A stretch of 57,893 nt of DNA, filler included, from Asterionella formosa (taxonomy: Eukaryota): the NCBI GenBank assembly GCA_002256025.1. It is 7 parts of 7 records of this genome, joined end to end, with 100 filler letters (N's around TTAATTAATTAA, not from the genome) between each part and the next. Parts side by side here need not be neighbours in the genome. Positions count along the whole stretch, not along the records: positions 33,150 to 41,333 come from NKIB01012310.1; positions 41,434 to 49,614 come from NKIB01012311.1; 5 more parts are not named here. One strand, 5' to 3'. Position numbers and translations under genes: made by a program. The notes under the pieces were generated by a model that saw only the letters and a program-made list of their open reading frames with translations, had not been told where the DNA came from and made no database searches. Below are positions 33,480-46,720 of the stretch, piece by piece. How positions within the stretch are numbered: position 1 is the stretch's first letter; each line of letters begins with the position of its first letter.

Positions 33480-34090
33480 GACGGTTCTTACTACCGGTAT
33501 ACTTACGATTTGGAACACTCATATCAGCTACCAGGTAGCTTAACTTGTTCAGTTTCTTGTCACACGAAGTGGTCGTTGTTCAATCCTTCGTGTCCCCCCG
33601 AATGACTCTTGTCCTACATACGGGTATTTTGTCTTGATTCCATCGCACATGATGTATGCCCATCATGTCGAACTGACATCGTAATGATATGTACAAGGTA
33701 GCGTACTTGGTGCAAAATATTAGCCGTACACATCATGATCACATTCGGTTGTCAGCGAACGCCCAACAACAGCACATTTTTGCATGCATGATACCGGTAT
33801 GCCTCCAAGTATGGGTACTCGGAATACAGCAAAAAAACCCAACAAGACTGACTACCTACCATATCGTTAGCATTGATACCCGGGTAGGCATGATGTTTGG
33901 TACACTGATGGATACAATCTTCTTGTGCAAGTTGTGGCCTACCTATATTGAGCAGTTTTTCCAAAGGACACATGAATGCGATCTGACATGTACTTTGCTG
34001 TACAATGATGACAAAATTGAAGGGATTGGGACCCACAAGTCAGAGGCCTTTTATCAATTGTTGGCAGATCTTGTACACAGAAAGGTTCCA
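33480..34090 (+). pseudogene. Heavily decayed PIF/Harbinger-type transposase
   Basis: LTIWNTHISY/PGSL (compare LWIWH..G.PGSLND), YKVAYLV, FGTL, CTLLYN (compare C.ILHN) and YQLLADLV (compare HQL..DLIEH) occur in the expected order. Confidence 0.45.
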
Positions 34091-35313
34091 ATTGTTGGAG
34101 GAACAGTTGGAGGAGGCAGGGGTTCTGTTGGAATCTGAGTTTGACGACAAAGGTAGTCAAGGGTTGAAGGAGCTGACACAGATGGAGGTGGCAACTCCCA
34201 ACCAGATTGGGAGCAGTCAGCTAGTAGTACTTAACTAGGCAAAAGATTGAATGGGTAGTAACATGCATTGAATAAATACAAAATGTATATTGTTAAAATT
34301 ACAAATATGCAATGTTGACTTGGTTAATCATCCATTGATGGATATTTTGGTCTCAGTGTCATGTTGTATGCTGCCATTCCAAAAATGGTACAAGCTTGGC
34401 AATACCCCACAATACATCAAGCTTGTCTACAAGCGATCCCTGAAATAATGCAAAAATGACAAGATCCATCAAAAAGGATGACACCCCTTGATAGATGCTC
34501 ATCAAATCCCAAAAGCTACTAATGCAGTCATTCCACCCTCCAAAGTCTGTTGCACACACTAGATTACCCCATCCCAATGAACAAACTCGTACTACTTCAA
34601 GGAATGGACCAACAATCTTGCTCTTCCCTATTGGTATATCCAAGTCTTGCTATAACAACAGAATTTTCTGTTTCTGTACTTTGTGTTGCCTAATAGGGGA
34701 GTAAAAAGGCGGAAGTTAGGAATTGCATCAATACTGGATGTTTTGACTGACATGGGGGTCTCAATGAATTTGTTTGTGTCATTGAATTTTGATTTGTCAT
34801 CATCATTTGAGTAATGATGATTGTCAGACAGGTTGTTTTATTGATGAAGTTCACATGATTGCTATATTTTGCTGAATGTGATGCACATGTTTGTGGAGAC
34901 CAAAAGAAACAGCTAACTGTTTTGCCTTTGTGAAATGTATCTCTGTAAAGATTCATTTTTTCTTCTGAAGATTCAAAAAATAATAAATTATTTGTATCTC
35001 TGTTAAGATCGCTCATAAGACATATATGTTGTATTTTTTGTATATCATAGTCTGTATATACTGGTATAATATATATATGCTTGTTGCTCAATATATTTGA
35101 ATTGAGAGAAGGAATCCTCTTTCATTCCATTGGGATTTGAAAGTTGAATGGGGCAACCACACTTCATAGTTAATAGTTTACAAAAAACTATTTATGTATG
35201 CCGTACTTGCAGAGCAACAGTTCAGCCATCAGTCAAGAGCTTAAAACAGCGATGCATAGGTGTGATGATGATGATGTTTGACATGAATGATTTTAAAAAT
35301 GATCAAAACATGT

Positions 35314-36021
35314 TTACTTGCCTTTTCTATATCCACTGCGATCATAGGTTAGACCATAATCAATGAACAACTCCTCCCCTGGATACAACTGTCGTTCCGT
35401 CACGAACTTTACTAGTCTTTTGTCCAAATCTTCGTCAGTGCAAACATTCCGATCCATGCCGATGGGCGGTTCATTGATTCGACACAAAGTAGTGGGGACT
35501 CTGAATCCAGACAAAATTGTTGTACATAATTGTACACTTGCCCACGTACTTGGATTGCCACCCAACGTATAGTCCTGCAATCGTCCCATGGAATCAGTAG
35601 GGTCAATTATGAATTTTGAATCACTAAACCGCCAAATGTACGTTTCACAACATGGCGCCATGTTCAATTTCACCAATCCTTGATCCAATGGCATGACAAC
35701 ACCAGGATAGGTTCCTAATATAGTATTCTTGGGGATTGTGCTTGTGGCGTATAGGCCCAAACCAGCTCCAGGTACTTGTGATGGTGCAATTTTAAGAGAA
35801 GACGTGGCTGTAAGAGATCCCTTTGGCCGGTCAAACCATGCAACCAGACCAACATAGGACGCAACCCCGGCAGTAACTTGCAAGGCGACGGATTCGACAT
35901 TAGGAACGACAAAGGCTGCTTTTGTGGAAGTTGGAAAATGTGCCTCTGCGCAATTGGAGAGACAATACGTTATTCCAAGGATGAGAATGATGCTTCGTCT
36001 TGCTGATGATAGGGCTGACAT
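35314..36021 (-). CDS. Small SET-domain protein with a signal/transit peptide
   Basis: PSQVPGAGLGLYA...I.K...LGTYPG, RINEP and GEELFIDYG. The likely start is MSALSS at 36021, although the ORF extends to 36105. Confidence 0.88.
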   Translation of the reverse strand: MSALSSARRSIILILGITYCLSNCAEAHFPTSTKAAFVVPNVESVALQVTAGVASYVGLVAWFDRPKGSLTATSSLKIAPSQVPGAGLGLYATSTIPKNTILGTYPGVVMPLDQGLVKLNMAPCCETYIWRFSDSKFIIDPTDSMGRLQDYTLGGNPSTWASVQLCTTILSGFRVPTTLCRINEPPIGMDRNVCTDEDLDKRLVKFVTERQLYPGEELFIDYGLTYDRSGYRKGK

Positions 36022-37363
36022 GGTGGTGATGGATCGTGGTGAGTTTTGTGTCGGACGTTTTTCTTCCAAAAAATTTATTATGGTCATGGATAATAAATAC
36101 CGCATGATGATTTTATTATTTTATGTTTTGTTATGAAACAAACGCAACGGCACTGTACGGTCATCCTCCATCATGTGTACATACGTAAACATACGATAGG
36201 CCTACCCGATAGCCCGACACCGAGTGCCCCTGCATCGCTACAGTCGCTATTTTGTACCGGAACTATGCTACAAACCGAAGTACCTGTACTCGAGTACTGG
36301 TAACAGGTACAATACAAGGTGGTTGGTACCTGACCGGGCTAGGACAATGATACAATTACAAAGCAAAGAACTGAGTCTACCGGAGTAATGTGTATCGGTA
36401 GACAACCTTGTAATGGCATTCTCGATTACCCTTTACTCCGGAGTACCAGGTACTTCCTTCATCTACAATCGGTAACCAACAAATGAGGGAATTTGAATCC
36501 GATGCAAGGTCAGTTGAAGGAGGTCGAGCAGTAGCTAATTCTACTATTGGTATGCACAACATGATTAGCTAGACTACCGGTAGCACTTCTAATGGCTGGT
36601 TAGAATCATGTATCTTGAATACTTGCTTGCTCAACCAATGGGCTATATAGCTAACTTATCTCTAAAAGTAAACATCCACCCAAAAGGTAAATGGCTGATG
36701 GTGGCCATAGAAGCACCACGACGATTTGAGTTCCATTTCACTGATGCTTGGACTTGGCAAACTCTTCGTACTTGCAGTCGTCGACTTCCATCATGTTAGT
36801 AGTAGCTGGAATAGTCATGGGAAGAGCCTTGTCTTTCTTCATTTTCTTTTCGGTCATGCGTTTCGCTCTCCGGGCTTCTGCTTTGCTAATGGCAGTAGAT
36901 GGAAGAATTTTAGGAGCTTGAGAATGCATAGTAGCGATTAAAAATAGTTTGTTGTAGTAGTAGCACCTCGGATTATTGTGAGATAATGCGAAGTATTTCA
37001 GCAAGAGCCAGCATCAACACGCTTCGTGGGAGTTTCGGCGAGACTGAACGATGTGAGAGCTGAACATTTATACCAAAGCATCACTTGGTAGCACTTGTTA
37101 GGTTGAGGTGACGAGGCCCGGAGTCGATTCTATTTTGTAATCCTCCCTGTAGTGGACACGATTCAGTCAAAGTGTAGAACAGATAACTGGCTCACTTTGC
37201 AGCAGTCCCTGTGCTGAGCAACCCGGGCCTCTATGCGGGATCTATATTTCGTCCATTCAAAGACTGCCGCAGGAACATTCGAAATAGCTAGTGAGCAATT
37301 CATTGACCAGGGTTTCTGTGTAGAAAAAAAGACGACCGACCCGCAAGGAGGGAACAAAAGAGA

Positions 37364-37435
37364 AGACTGACGTGGGGCTCGAACCCACAACCTTCTGTTC
37401 CGAAGACAGATGCTCTGCCATTGAGCCAGCCAGTC
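37364..37435 (-). tRNA. tRNA-Arg(TCG)
   Basis: Cloverleaf with acceptor GACTGGC/GTCAGTC, D arm GCTC-AATGGCA-GAGC, anticodon arm TCTGT-CTTCGGA-ACAGA and T arm GTGGG-TTCGAGC-CCCAC. A T7 Pol III terminator-like run lies at 37324-37330. Confidence 0.93.
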
Positions 37436-37770
37436 ACTTGATGTCAACAAACTAATTTTGTTAATATAAAAACGCTAAAGTCTGTCTGAGGTGCAAGTTT
37501 GTTTATGTACTTATGCACTTTTAGAACTGTTCACAAGCTGCACACCGATACTAAGTAGAGGACTTGGTACCTGGTACCGGGTACAAAACCCGGTACGGTA
37601 CCCCATGTGCCTGTACCGTACTCCAAGAAGGCAAAACAAGAATGACCATACCGGTACTCGTCGTGGTCCTTGCTTCAACAATAATGACGTCAACAGGTTG
37701 CTTTCCACTTGGAAGCACCTCATAAAATTGGCCAATTGTCACCAGTTATTTTCACAAATATTAAATCACC

Positions 37771-39343
37771 ATGAGATTCGTCTCCGCCTTGATCCTATTC
37801 ACTTCCTGCTGCTGCACAAGCAGTGGTGCCTTTGCACCCCGATCTAAAGGTCGCAAGATGTCGTTTGGACTGAAGGTGACGAAAGAAGAAGACCTTGATC
37901 TCACAAGACAAGTAATTCTTGATTTCATGGATCGTAATGCGGAATGCGACGAGACTGCTTTCGCTGATAGTGGCGTAATTAATGTGTCCTTTGATCGCAA
38001 GGAATCCTACCAAAGCCATCCAAGACCTGTGAATGATCTCATGATTCGAGCCGCGTTGGGAGAAACCGTCGAACGAACTCCCGTGTGGCTGTTTCGCCAA
38101 GCCGGTCGACATCTACCAGAATACCGAGCGTATAAGGAAGAAACCGGACACAACTTCCTCGAAATGTTGGAGCATCCAGAGGTAATGTACCAATTATGAT
38201 TTTTCTCCAAATTTGCATTCTCCTTTTCTTTATGTTTCGTTCCTCAATTCCTGGAAATTGACATTTCTTTCTCCTCCTGCCTACATAACCAATGCTGCAA
38301 TACCCACACACCCAAATAGGACGTCGCAGAATGTACTATGCAACCCATTCGTCGCTATGATCTTGATGCTGCCATTTTATTTTCCGATATTTTGGTCATT
38401 TGTGAAGCCTTGCAAGTTGATGTTACTATGCCAGGTGGGGTTGGAATTTTAGTGCCAAATCCCCTTACGGAACCCGAAGAAGTTGAACGACGCATTTTCC
38501 CCACGGAGTTCATGACCGAACAATACGTATATACCCATTTGGGAACTGTCATGGAATCCATTCGTCAAATTCGTGAGCAAATGGCAAATGAAAACAAGTC
38601 AATCCCATTGATTGGTTTTAGTGCTGCTCCATGGACGTTGTTGTACTACATGGTTGGGGGTTCATCCAAGAAGGATACCGAGATTGGGATGACATGGTTG
38701 AGAGAGTATCCTGCTGAATCAACTCGATTGTTGGAAACCCTTACCAAATTAATTGTGGAATACATGTCTGCTCAAGTTGAAACTGGAGTTCATATGCTGC
38801 AAGTCTTTGAAGCCATGGGGATGATGATCGATGAAGAAAACTTTGACAAATATTGCATGCCCTGTTTGAAGATTATTTTTGATGAACTCAAGGGAAGGTT
38901 CCCTGATGTTCCCTTGATGGTGTTTGCACGGGGTGCTAGGTAAGGACCAAATGCATTACACCGGACACATGCATGTTTTGTCAATGATCATTCACGCCCT
39001 TCTTTTCAGTTTCGCCAATACCAAACTTGCCACGATAGGCTATGATGTGATTACAATGGATGGAGATGTCCTACGAAGTACAGCTCGTACCACTATTGGT
39101 AATGATGTAACTCTACAGGGCAACTATGATCCAAAGGAATTGATTGCTGAAAATGGCAATTCCATCGAGACAGTTCGTGCCACAGCCAAACAAATGCTAA
39201 AGGAATTGGGACCTCAAAAGCTAATTGCCAATCTGGGAGAAGGTTTAGGTGGAAGAGAGTCGCCAGAATTGGTTGATGCCTTTGTTACAGCTATTCATGA
39301 AGAAAGTGAAATCATGATTGCAAATAGTGTTGTTACAGTATAG
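37771..39343 (+). CDS. hemE: Plastid uroporphyrinogen decarboxylase; exons 37771-38181, 38320-38939 and 39010-39343
   Basis: [52 protein letters not shown] and IANLG. Two GT-AG introns restore the frame, and the presequence contains SSG-AFAP. Confidence 0.96.
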
Positions 39344-42300
39344 ACCATATTTTCTATCTAATACAATATTTCAGGTGGTTTAATGGGTATGAAGCTGTCA
39401 CAATTTCTTTTATGATTAAGCCCATCCGATTCAATCAAGTCAACCCTAAAAGTCATGGATTGAGTATTTTTGTTGCTGGAAGTTGGAAAGAAAATACGAA
39501 GTGTCTGATTGATATAAGTAATAGGTTGGACGTTCATTTATTAAAGAAGATAAATGTATGATAAAATGTAGCAAGGACAGGCGTTGATAAAACCATGCAA
39601 CAATTGGCTTCCTCAACTGCTTTCATCCTTGATTATGTTGAACAATCAATATACATTCATAGCTAGCAATGAAGGTTGGGATGAAGTGGGTGGCTCTTAA
39701 GACTTAGTCACTTTATGTTGAGAACTACAACTGAAGATATTTGTGGAAGAAAGACAAAAACTTAAGCTTTATCTGGAACAATTCTAAGAATAAACCTGGA
39801 CGCAACGATGCTACAAGTGGGTTAATGTTCAACGTTTGCAAATTATGATGGCAGTATGTTGTTGTGAAAATAGTTGGGCCCATTATGATGGGTCCAACGC
39901 CGTGTAACCACTTCGAGAGCATCAAGGCAAGGCTTATTGAAATGCCATTGAACTATTTTTGGGAGACAATCCGGATTTTTTGGTTATGAGAATGCCTTCT
40001 ATCATATTAGTATTCAAGTTAGCAGGGGCTGGATAGTCCAGTTGGCAACAGTCCTGGTACCAGGAAATCAACACAATGATTTGGGCTCTTGTGTTGCTAT
40101 GCACGGCTGGGGAACGGCTTGGTGGTAAGCACACCTTCTGCGGTGGTGGCAGGCTCGATTCCTGAATTCTCCACCTGTTTTTTCATGTAGTCCCTATGGT
40201 TTTGGGACAGATTCCAGTGTATTGCATGGACGAAAAAACCAAATTCTTTAGAGGGACAAGGAGTGGTTTTAGCATCTGATGGCTCTGTAATAAAGAGCCC
40301 ACCAAAAGTAGCTGCCATGATTGCCTGCTGCATCCTTTGTTATTGGCCGAATTTTTTTGAGTGACAATAAGAATACTGCTTTGGAAGCAGTATCAGTATA
40401 CTGGTATACTGTCATTTCAATATTAAAATACTTAACAGCTCGCCAAGTCAATACGGTATACCAGTAACTGTCTTTCTCTAAGAAAAGCCCGCAGTATTAC
40501 TGCAGTATAATATCACCTCTCATTGTATGGGAGGTTCGGGTGTGGTACCAGGGTACAAGGTACCCGGAGCAGGCTATGGATCTGGTACTGGTACCAGTAC
40601 CTGGAGGACCGCGTAATACTCCTTGCCATGAACAAGAGCCATGAATGGCTGAGCTGATGATCTTAGCCTTCTGCTTCTTGGCACTAAATACTTGTATTGT
40701 AATGTACAGTATTACATATTCATGTACCACCATACCGGTAGTAAAGGAAAGTGGGAACACGATATAAACAGCTGTAGCGCAAATGACGACTAAGGGCCGT
40801 TCTTATCATTCTGTTATTTGTTGTCATTGGTGTATCATCACCGAAATATGATACAAAAATGGCGGTTTGGTTTTTTTTGTGTATCACCAACGGTTTTTTT
40901 GGTCTGATCACCGGTGTATCATGGGTGTATCACTGATACAGTTTTTGGACCCCTGACCAATGCTGTATCACTGATCAAGCCGTTGATCACTGTGTATCAC
41001 GTCCGTTGCCACTGATAAAATAACTGTAAATACGCAAGCACAACACTATTAAATATTGCGCCAACTATTTTTTGTTATATATATACTACGGTACTCTGTC
41101 TACATTACCTTTCAGCTTCGTGAGTCATACAAGAATCAGTAGTCCGCTCATCTCTATACCAATCTTCCAACATCGACTAAATCTCGATTAATTGGCGCAA
41201 TGAGCTGCAAAGTAGTGGGTACGGCTGAAACTTCTGATGCTGCCTCTATTCGCATTGATTCGGAAGAGAAGCAATGCGTTGTAGCTGATGAGGACGTCGA
41301 AGATATTGTTGAGTTGTCTACTGCTGATCCAACNNNNNNNNNNNNNNNNNNNNNNNNNNNNNNNNNNNNNNNNNNNNTTAATTAATTAANNNNNNNNNNN
41401 NNNNNNNNNNNNNNNNNNNNNNNNNNNNNNNNNTACCGGTAACGTCCTCGGTTTCTTGATTGTGCTCTTCAGATAGGTCATTAAGACCTCAAATGATCCA
41501 TCACTAGCAACCGATAGCTCATCGTCACTGTATTCTTCATAAGCGTACTTCCTCATCTGGATGCTGTTGGTTTTAGGTATTGAGTTTATATGAGTTCTAA
41601 TATGAGCTGCTTGTACTCGAAATCAGAATTTTCGTCTGTCGGTGCGTTTCGTTCTCCTTCAACCGAAACCGATGATATGCAACTAATCATGCGTTGTATA
41701 AAATGCATTTTGCCAAAAAAGCCGGGACACATATAGCAAAATAGAGGAACAAATACCGGTTGTCTATTGAGCGCACCGAAGGAACCGCCCATAAAACGGT
41801 GATGAATTGAGAATTGAGGTAGGTTGGGGATAAAATGGAAACAGCAGATGAAAACCGCAATTGGCTGGCGGGAAACAAGCGAAATCAGCGCGAAATCCCT
41901 CAAGAGATTTAAAATTGGAAGCAGTTGCAAAACCCCCTTTTTGTGCTGGAAGTATACCGGTATATTTCTTGTTCATACTGCCTCCGGAGTATCTCCTTGG
42001 TGATGTTCGGAGCTTGGATTGAGATGCTGCTTGCTAACGGTTTATGATGTCCTACCAGGGTACCATGATACGGGGTCATATGTACTTCGTTTACTTCGGA
42101 ACTGCGAATGGATCACTTCATATGTACAAACTCGAGCATTCCTGCAGCTGTTTGTTATACTATATAAGCAACTGAAAACGTGTATAAAAAATGATACTTG
42201 GAATAATAAATATTAATTTAGCTTGTTCACCCTTTTTTATGTAATGGTTAACAACCACGTTTTGGTTGTGTTGTCGCGGCCCAGGCTTAAAACCCTACCA

Positions 42301-43110
42301 GCAAGTTGCGGTACCTGGTACACATGGAGCACTGGCCGTGTGTTAACTCGAACATTGCTCTGTTATGTTTCAACTTGAAACGTGTAGTAAAAAATGATAC
42401 TTAAATAAGTATATTATTTTAGCCCAGTCTTTTCCTATAGTAAACGAAGTTTGATTTAATTAGTAGCCGACTACCAGTACATCGCCTCCACAATGTTGGT
42501 TGCAACAAATGATGGAAAATTGCAGCTGAAATGGAAAGAGTTCTAGTAACTACAAGTGCTAGTCAATTAGAGGTAGTTGCACTACTTTATTGGAATGCTT
42601 CTAGATACATAGACCATCGAAGCATTGCTCTTCAGAACTCCAATGTGTTTGTTTGGTTAATTGTTGTCATGATTATTGAATCTACTGCCAATCGTCGTCC
42701 CATAAGATCATCAAGGCGAAGATTCCAAAACATTTGTTCGATTGAATCCTACAATACAAGGTATTTTCTTGCATTTCGAGATGATGCGCCGTCTCCGAAA
42801 TTAATATCGCTCAAGTTTTCTCATTTGTTTGTACATTAGATAGAAACAATTAATAATTATCTAGTAAATGTTATTACGATAGGCATCGCGGACTCAAAAC
42901 TGTTGCTACTTTGGTCATATCTTAAAAACTGAGCAAACGGCGACAGAAACAAGTTCTAGCAGCAATTTCTAATTTTTGTCGTCAATATTGGCGCAAAAAA
43001 TTTATTATTGAACGGTTAACTCGTCTATGTTCGGCTTGATTTATGTACGAAAAAGCAATAGTTGATTGTTATTTTTTGTGGAGATATTCAGTCCAATAAT
43101 TTCGTCATGG

Positions 43111-43212
43111 TCAGGACGGAGTTGCTGTCTCAGCGTCCCCTACTACTACAGAACATCGCTCAGGACAGAGTTGCTGTCTCAGCGTCCCCTACTACTACAG
43201 AACATCGCTCAG
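43111..43212. repeat. Tandem duplication, 49 bp x 2
   Basis: tcaggac(g/a)gagttgctgtctcagcgtcccctactactacagaacatcgc occurs twice. Confidence 0.95.
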
Positions 43213-43419
43213 TGCAAATCAAATTTACTTACCGGTATGTATGTGGCTACTATGTGAAACATATGTAATATACCGGTATATATATTCGTATAATTTGAAG
43301 TGGTACCAATAGTCCTACATATGGATATGAAACGATGCATGCATATAACAGTACTAGTACTTCTTACCATAGGCAGAGTGGTGTAGCCCAACATGTGTTG
43401 GATGTGTTGTACACATTAA

Positions 43420-44645
43420 GGTTGCTGCATTTGAACCCCTAGCTCGAGGTAGGGTTAATAAAATAATATTGAGTCAGACTAATCAAACACATACTCTCCA
43501 AATATAAATCAAATATGTATAACGCTCAACGGAGCTTTCACCAATACACACCCTTTCCATATGCTTACATACAGTCTTCGGACAAAGTAGGGGTGTAGGT
43601 CCACTCTATATATTGTCAGTATATAGGATCTGGTCAGAAACTGCAGAAAGGAACTTCGGTTTTTTAACTAGGCTAAAAAACTCGAAAATTTGGGGGAAAT
43701 CTGTTTATTTGCTTGGCATAGTAAAAAAACCGAAATTCCTTTCTGCAGTTTCTCGCCAGAAGTTATATACTGATGCTATTTGAAAGTTACCGATGTATCA
43801 AAATCGCCGTCAGACCCAGCCAACGTTTAGCTATTGTCGTCCAAAAACTCGACAAAATCGGCCTTTTCTACAGTCGCCAAAATATCGGAATCAGAATTAT
43901 TATGTACCGAAACGTCATCATCGGAATTGTAGTCATGTGCCAGAATTTGTAGTCCTAAATTCTCCTATCCAAAAATTCTATTGTAAGTGCCCGCTTCCAC
44001 ATATATAATATGATTGGTGAACGTGAATTACATTCCTCTGTTTGATTGGCCTGGTTTGCGAGGTCTTGCAAACCCACGCCGGCCACATTGGTTAAACATG
44101 TAACATTTTCTTGGGTGTTCTGACAGTCCAGTACTATATTCACGATGGGTACCAGTTGATGATCATCATTGGACATATGCGTACCGCTCGTTGAGTGCGC
44201 TTTCAAATATTTGCCGAGCCGCCAGGTCATATATATGACCCAAAGTCATCGATCGGAGTATAGATTGTAGTACTGGTGTATGCACATCAAGCGGTGTAGA
44301 ATCTAAATAAATATATATATAATATATATATTAAACGATTTGAATATGTGGAACAGATTCAATGCATGGCATATAAAATCGTTAATCGGAGTATAGAGTG
44401 TCCATGCATACATGTTGATCGTATTTTTAGCGTATATATACATACAGCGACTAAGAGTGTCAAGATATATATTTAGCGATTTCGACAAGGAATCTATGTA
44501 CGTATTATCAAATTTCCACTGATAAAAATATTTCAAATGGAATCACGCCATTCAAAAATAGCTAATTAAATTCTTAATTCCAGGGAATTTTGGCAACCCT
44601 ACTAAGCAATATTAAATTTTGCCTAGGGTTTCAAATGCAGCAACC
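43420..44645. mobile_element. Non-autonomous TIR element flanked by TTAA, with GG...CC termini (Kolobok-like)
   Basis: TTAA-GGTTGCTGCATTTGAACCCCTAG ... CTAGGGTTTCAAATGCAGCAACC-TTAA forms a 23-bp TIR with 1 mismatch. No credible ORF inside. Confidence 0.85.
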
Positions 44646-44989
44646 TTAATGTGAATTACGTAGATGTACACATTTACTACCAATAATACCGGTAGTACGA
44701 GTACCAGTATTGTATTATGATGTCAAGGCATGTCAATAACTTCTTATGTGGAATCGGATACGGTACATTCTTATGCATCTGATTTTGTGTCGATTTGGAC
44801 ATCCAGCCAGTGCATATTATCGATGATAATACAAAAAAAAAATTGTAAAAATTCTCGATATTCCATTAGTAAACAAAAATAGTCACTAAAATTTAGTTAG
44901 GAAAATATTCTATCATTGATAGAAAGTATTCTTGATTTGCTACATATTTAGTCAAAAAGTAAAAATCATGAATTCCCAAAGAAGGCAAT

Positions 44990-46720
44990 TGTGCATTTAG
45001 AAACACTTTTGTGCAAGGATGGTATTTTCTCCAGTGAGGTTTCCTCCACCTTCCAATCTCCTGCCTTCAATTCTGCAATATGTGAAAACATCGTCCGCCA
45101 ACAAGAACTAGTTTTCCATTTCACTCCCCCTGATCCAACACATGACGAGTCGTCCCACCCCACACAAATGATGCCTGGGGGGCGGGACTACAGAATATTC
45201 ACTTGGCAACTCTGCTCCACGTGGGGAGCAGACAGCGCCCACTCACAACCATGGCCCCCTTCTCCTTTCATCTCTCAACTCTTCCCTCCTAGAACCAATT
45301 TATCTCATTTAAGAACCAAAGTCCAACCCTATATTTTCTGGGGCGACGCCCTTATTGATCCATCATCTCTACACATGCGAGTGGTTTTCCAGAACTGCAA
45401 TACCTTTAAGAAGGACAACTTTGAACGGTTCACTTACCTTAAACAGCTTGCATTCCTTCAACCTACCATCATTGGACTATCTGAGACAAATGTTAATTGG
45501 TCAAACTCCTCTATCCGCCAGTCCATCTCTGATTCCATAAAAGCCAGATGGCCCCATCGACATCTTTCCACTGCCCACACTCCCAATGCTGTCCCTGCTA
45601 CCACGACTACAGTCTCTCAAGGCGGTGGGACCCTTCAGCTACTATCATTCACAGGCCGCAGTGGAGGCAGAGTTCTCCAAACTGGCAGCGATCCTGTGGG
45701 TTGTTGGTGCTTCCAAATTCTCAGATCATACAGTAACCATTGCATCACATTTATCACAGCCTACTGTGTGTGTCAGAACCAAAGTACTGGTCCTCAGACT
45801 GCTTATGAACATCAATGCTCCCACTTAGCTAATTCACCGAAATCATGAAAAGTCACCTCACCCCCGCGCAGCAATGCTCCAGGCCCTCCAAGCATTTATA
45901 CTCTCCCTCATCACTGATGGTCACAAGTTCTCCTAATGTGGGACTCAGACTCCCTGCTCTCCAGCAACTCTGATATTACCCAATTCCTCCAACAATGCTC
46001 TCTTACCAATTTTCTTAGCAATCGTGGTGCCATCCCGCCAGATGCCTCTACCTCCTCCTGGGGTCGCTTCATTGACTTCATTCATGGAACATCCCTACTT
46101 CTCAGCGCCATCTGCAGGAGGGGCAGCGGCATCCTCAGCTTTTACCAAAGCCCTCACAGCAATCACCATGCCATTTATGTCGACAAAGATGAAACCGTTC
46201 TCTTTCAGCCAGGGAAGTACCACTGACCCCATTGCTCCCAGTCAACGCCTTTTGCATCTACGAAGTCCAGAACAATGTACATGTTACCTACTAGCAGGAG
46301 CAGTCCATGAATATATAGTTTCGCACCAAGTTTTCTCTTGTCTTGCTGATCTTCGAAACCTGCTAGACATCACAACTGCTCCTTCTGCTATTCAATGAAC
46401 TTATGAATCCATCGACAGAGACATCACAGCCGCACTACTTAATGCTGAGCGTCGATCTGCCCACTTTCAATAAATGGATATCCATGGTCACCCCAACTGA
46501 TGAAATGCAGGCAGGAATTCTTATTCCGGAAAAAGGGCCACTCCGATCTCCTGCGATTTGGCGACTCCATAGCCAGCATTTCAGATCCAGCAAAACTTCA
46601 ACACCAAGACTGCGCCACCATTCTATCCAATCGTTTTAATCAACAGTTTATTCTCAACTGCATCTACAACTCCGATTACTGGTACAGTCGCCACAAAAAA
46701 CACCACCCTACCGGTAGTCA
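44990..46720 (+). mobile_element. Decayed, truncated non-LTR retrotransposon (APE endonuclease region)
   Basis: MRVVFQNCN, IIGLSETNVNW, QGGGT, DPVGCW, ITAYCVCQ, IDFI and SNHHAIYVD (the SDH motif), with stops and frameshifts. No RT domain is seen. Confidence 0.88.

Noticed and set aside
39700..40450. Fragmented ORFs that look like decayed coding sequence
   Set aside because: I recognise no family and cannot define the strand or product.
42480..42850. Minus-strand LEF*...LALVVTRTLSISA resembling a hAT dimerisation domain
   Set aside because: It is too short and degenerate to support a call without a profile search.
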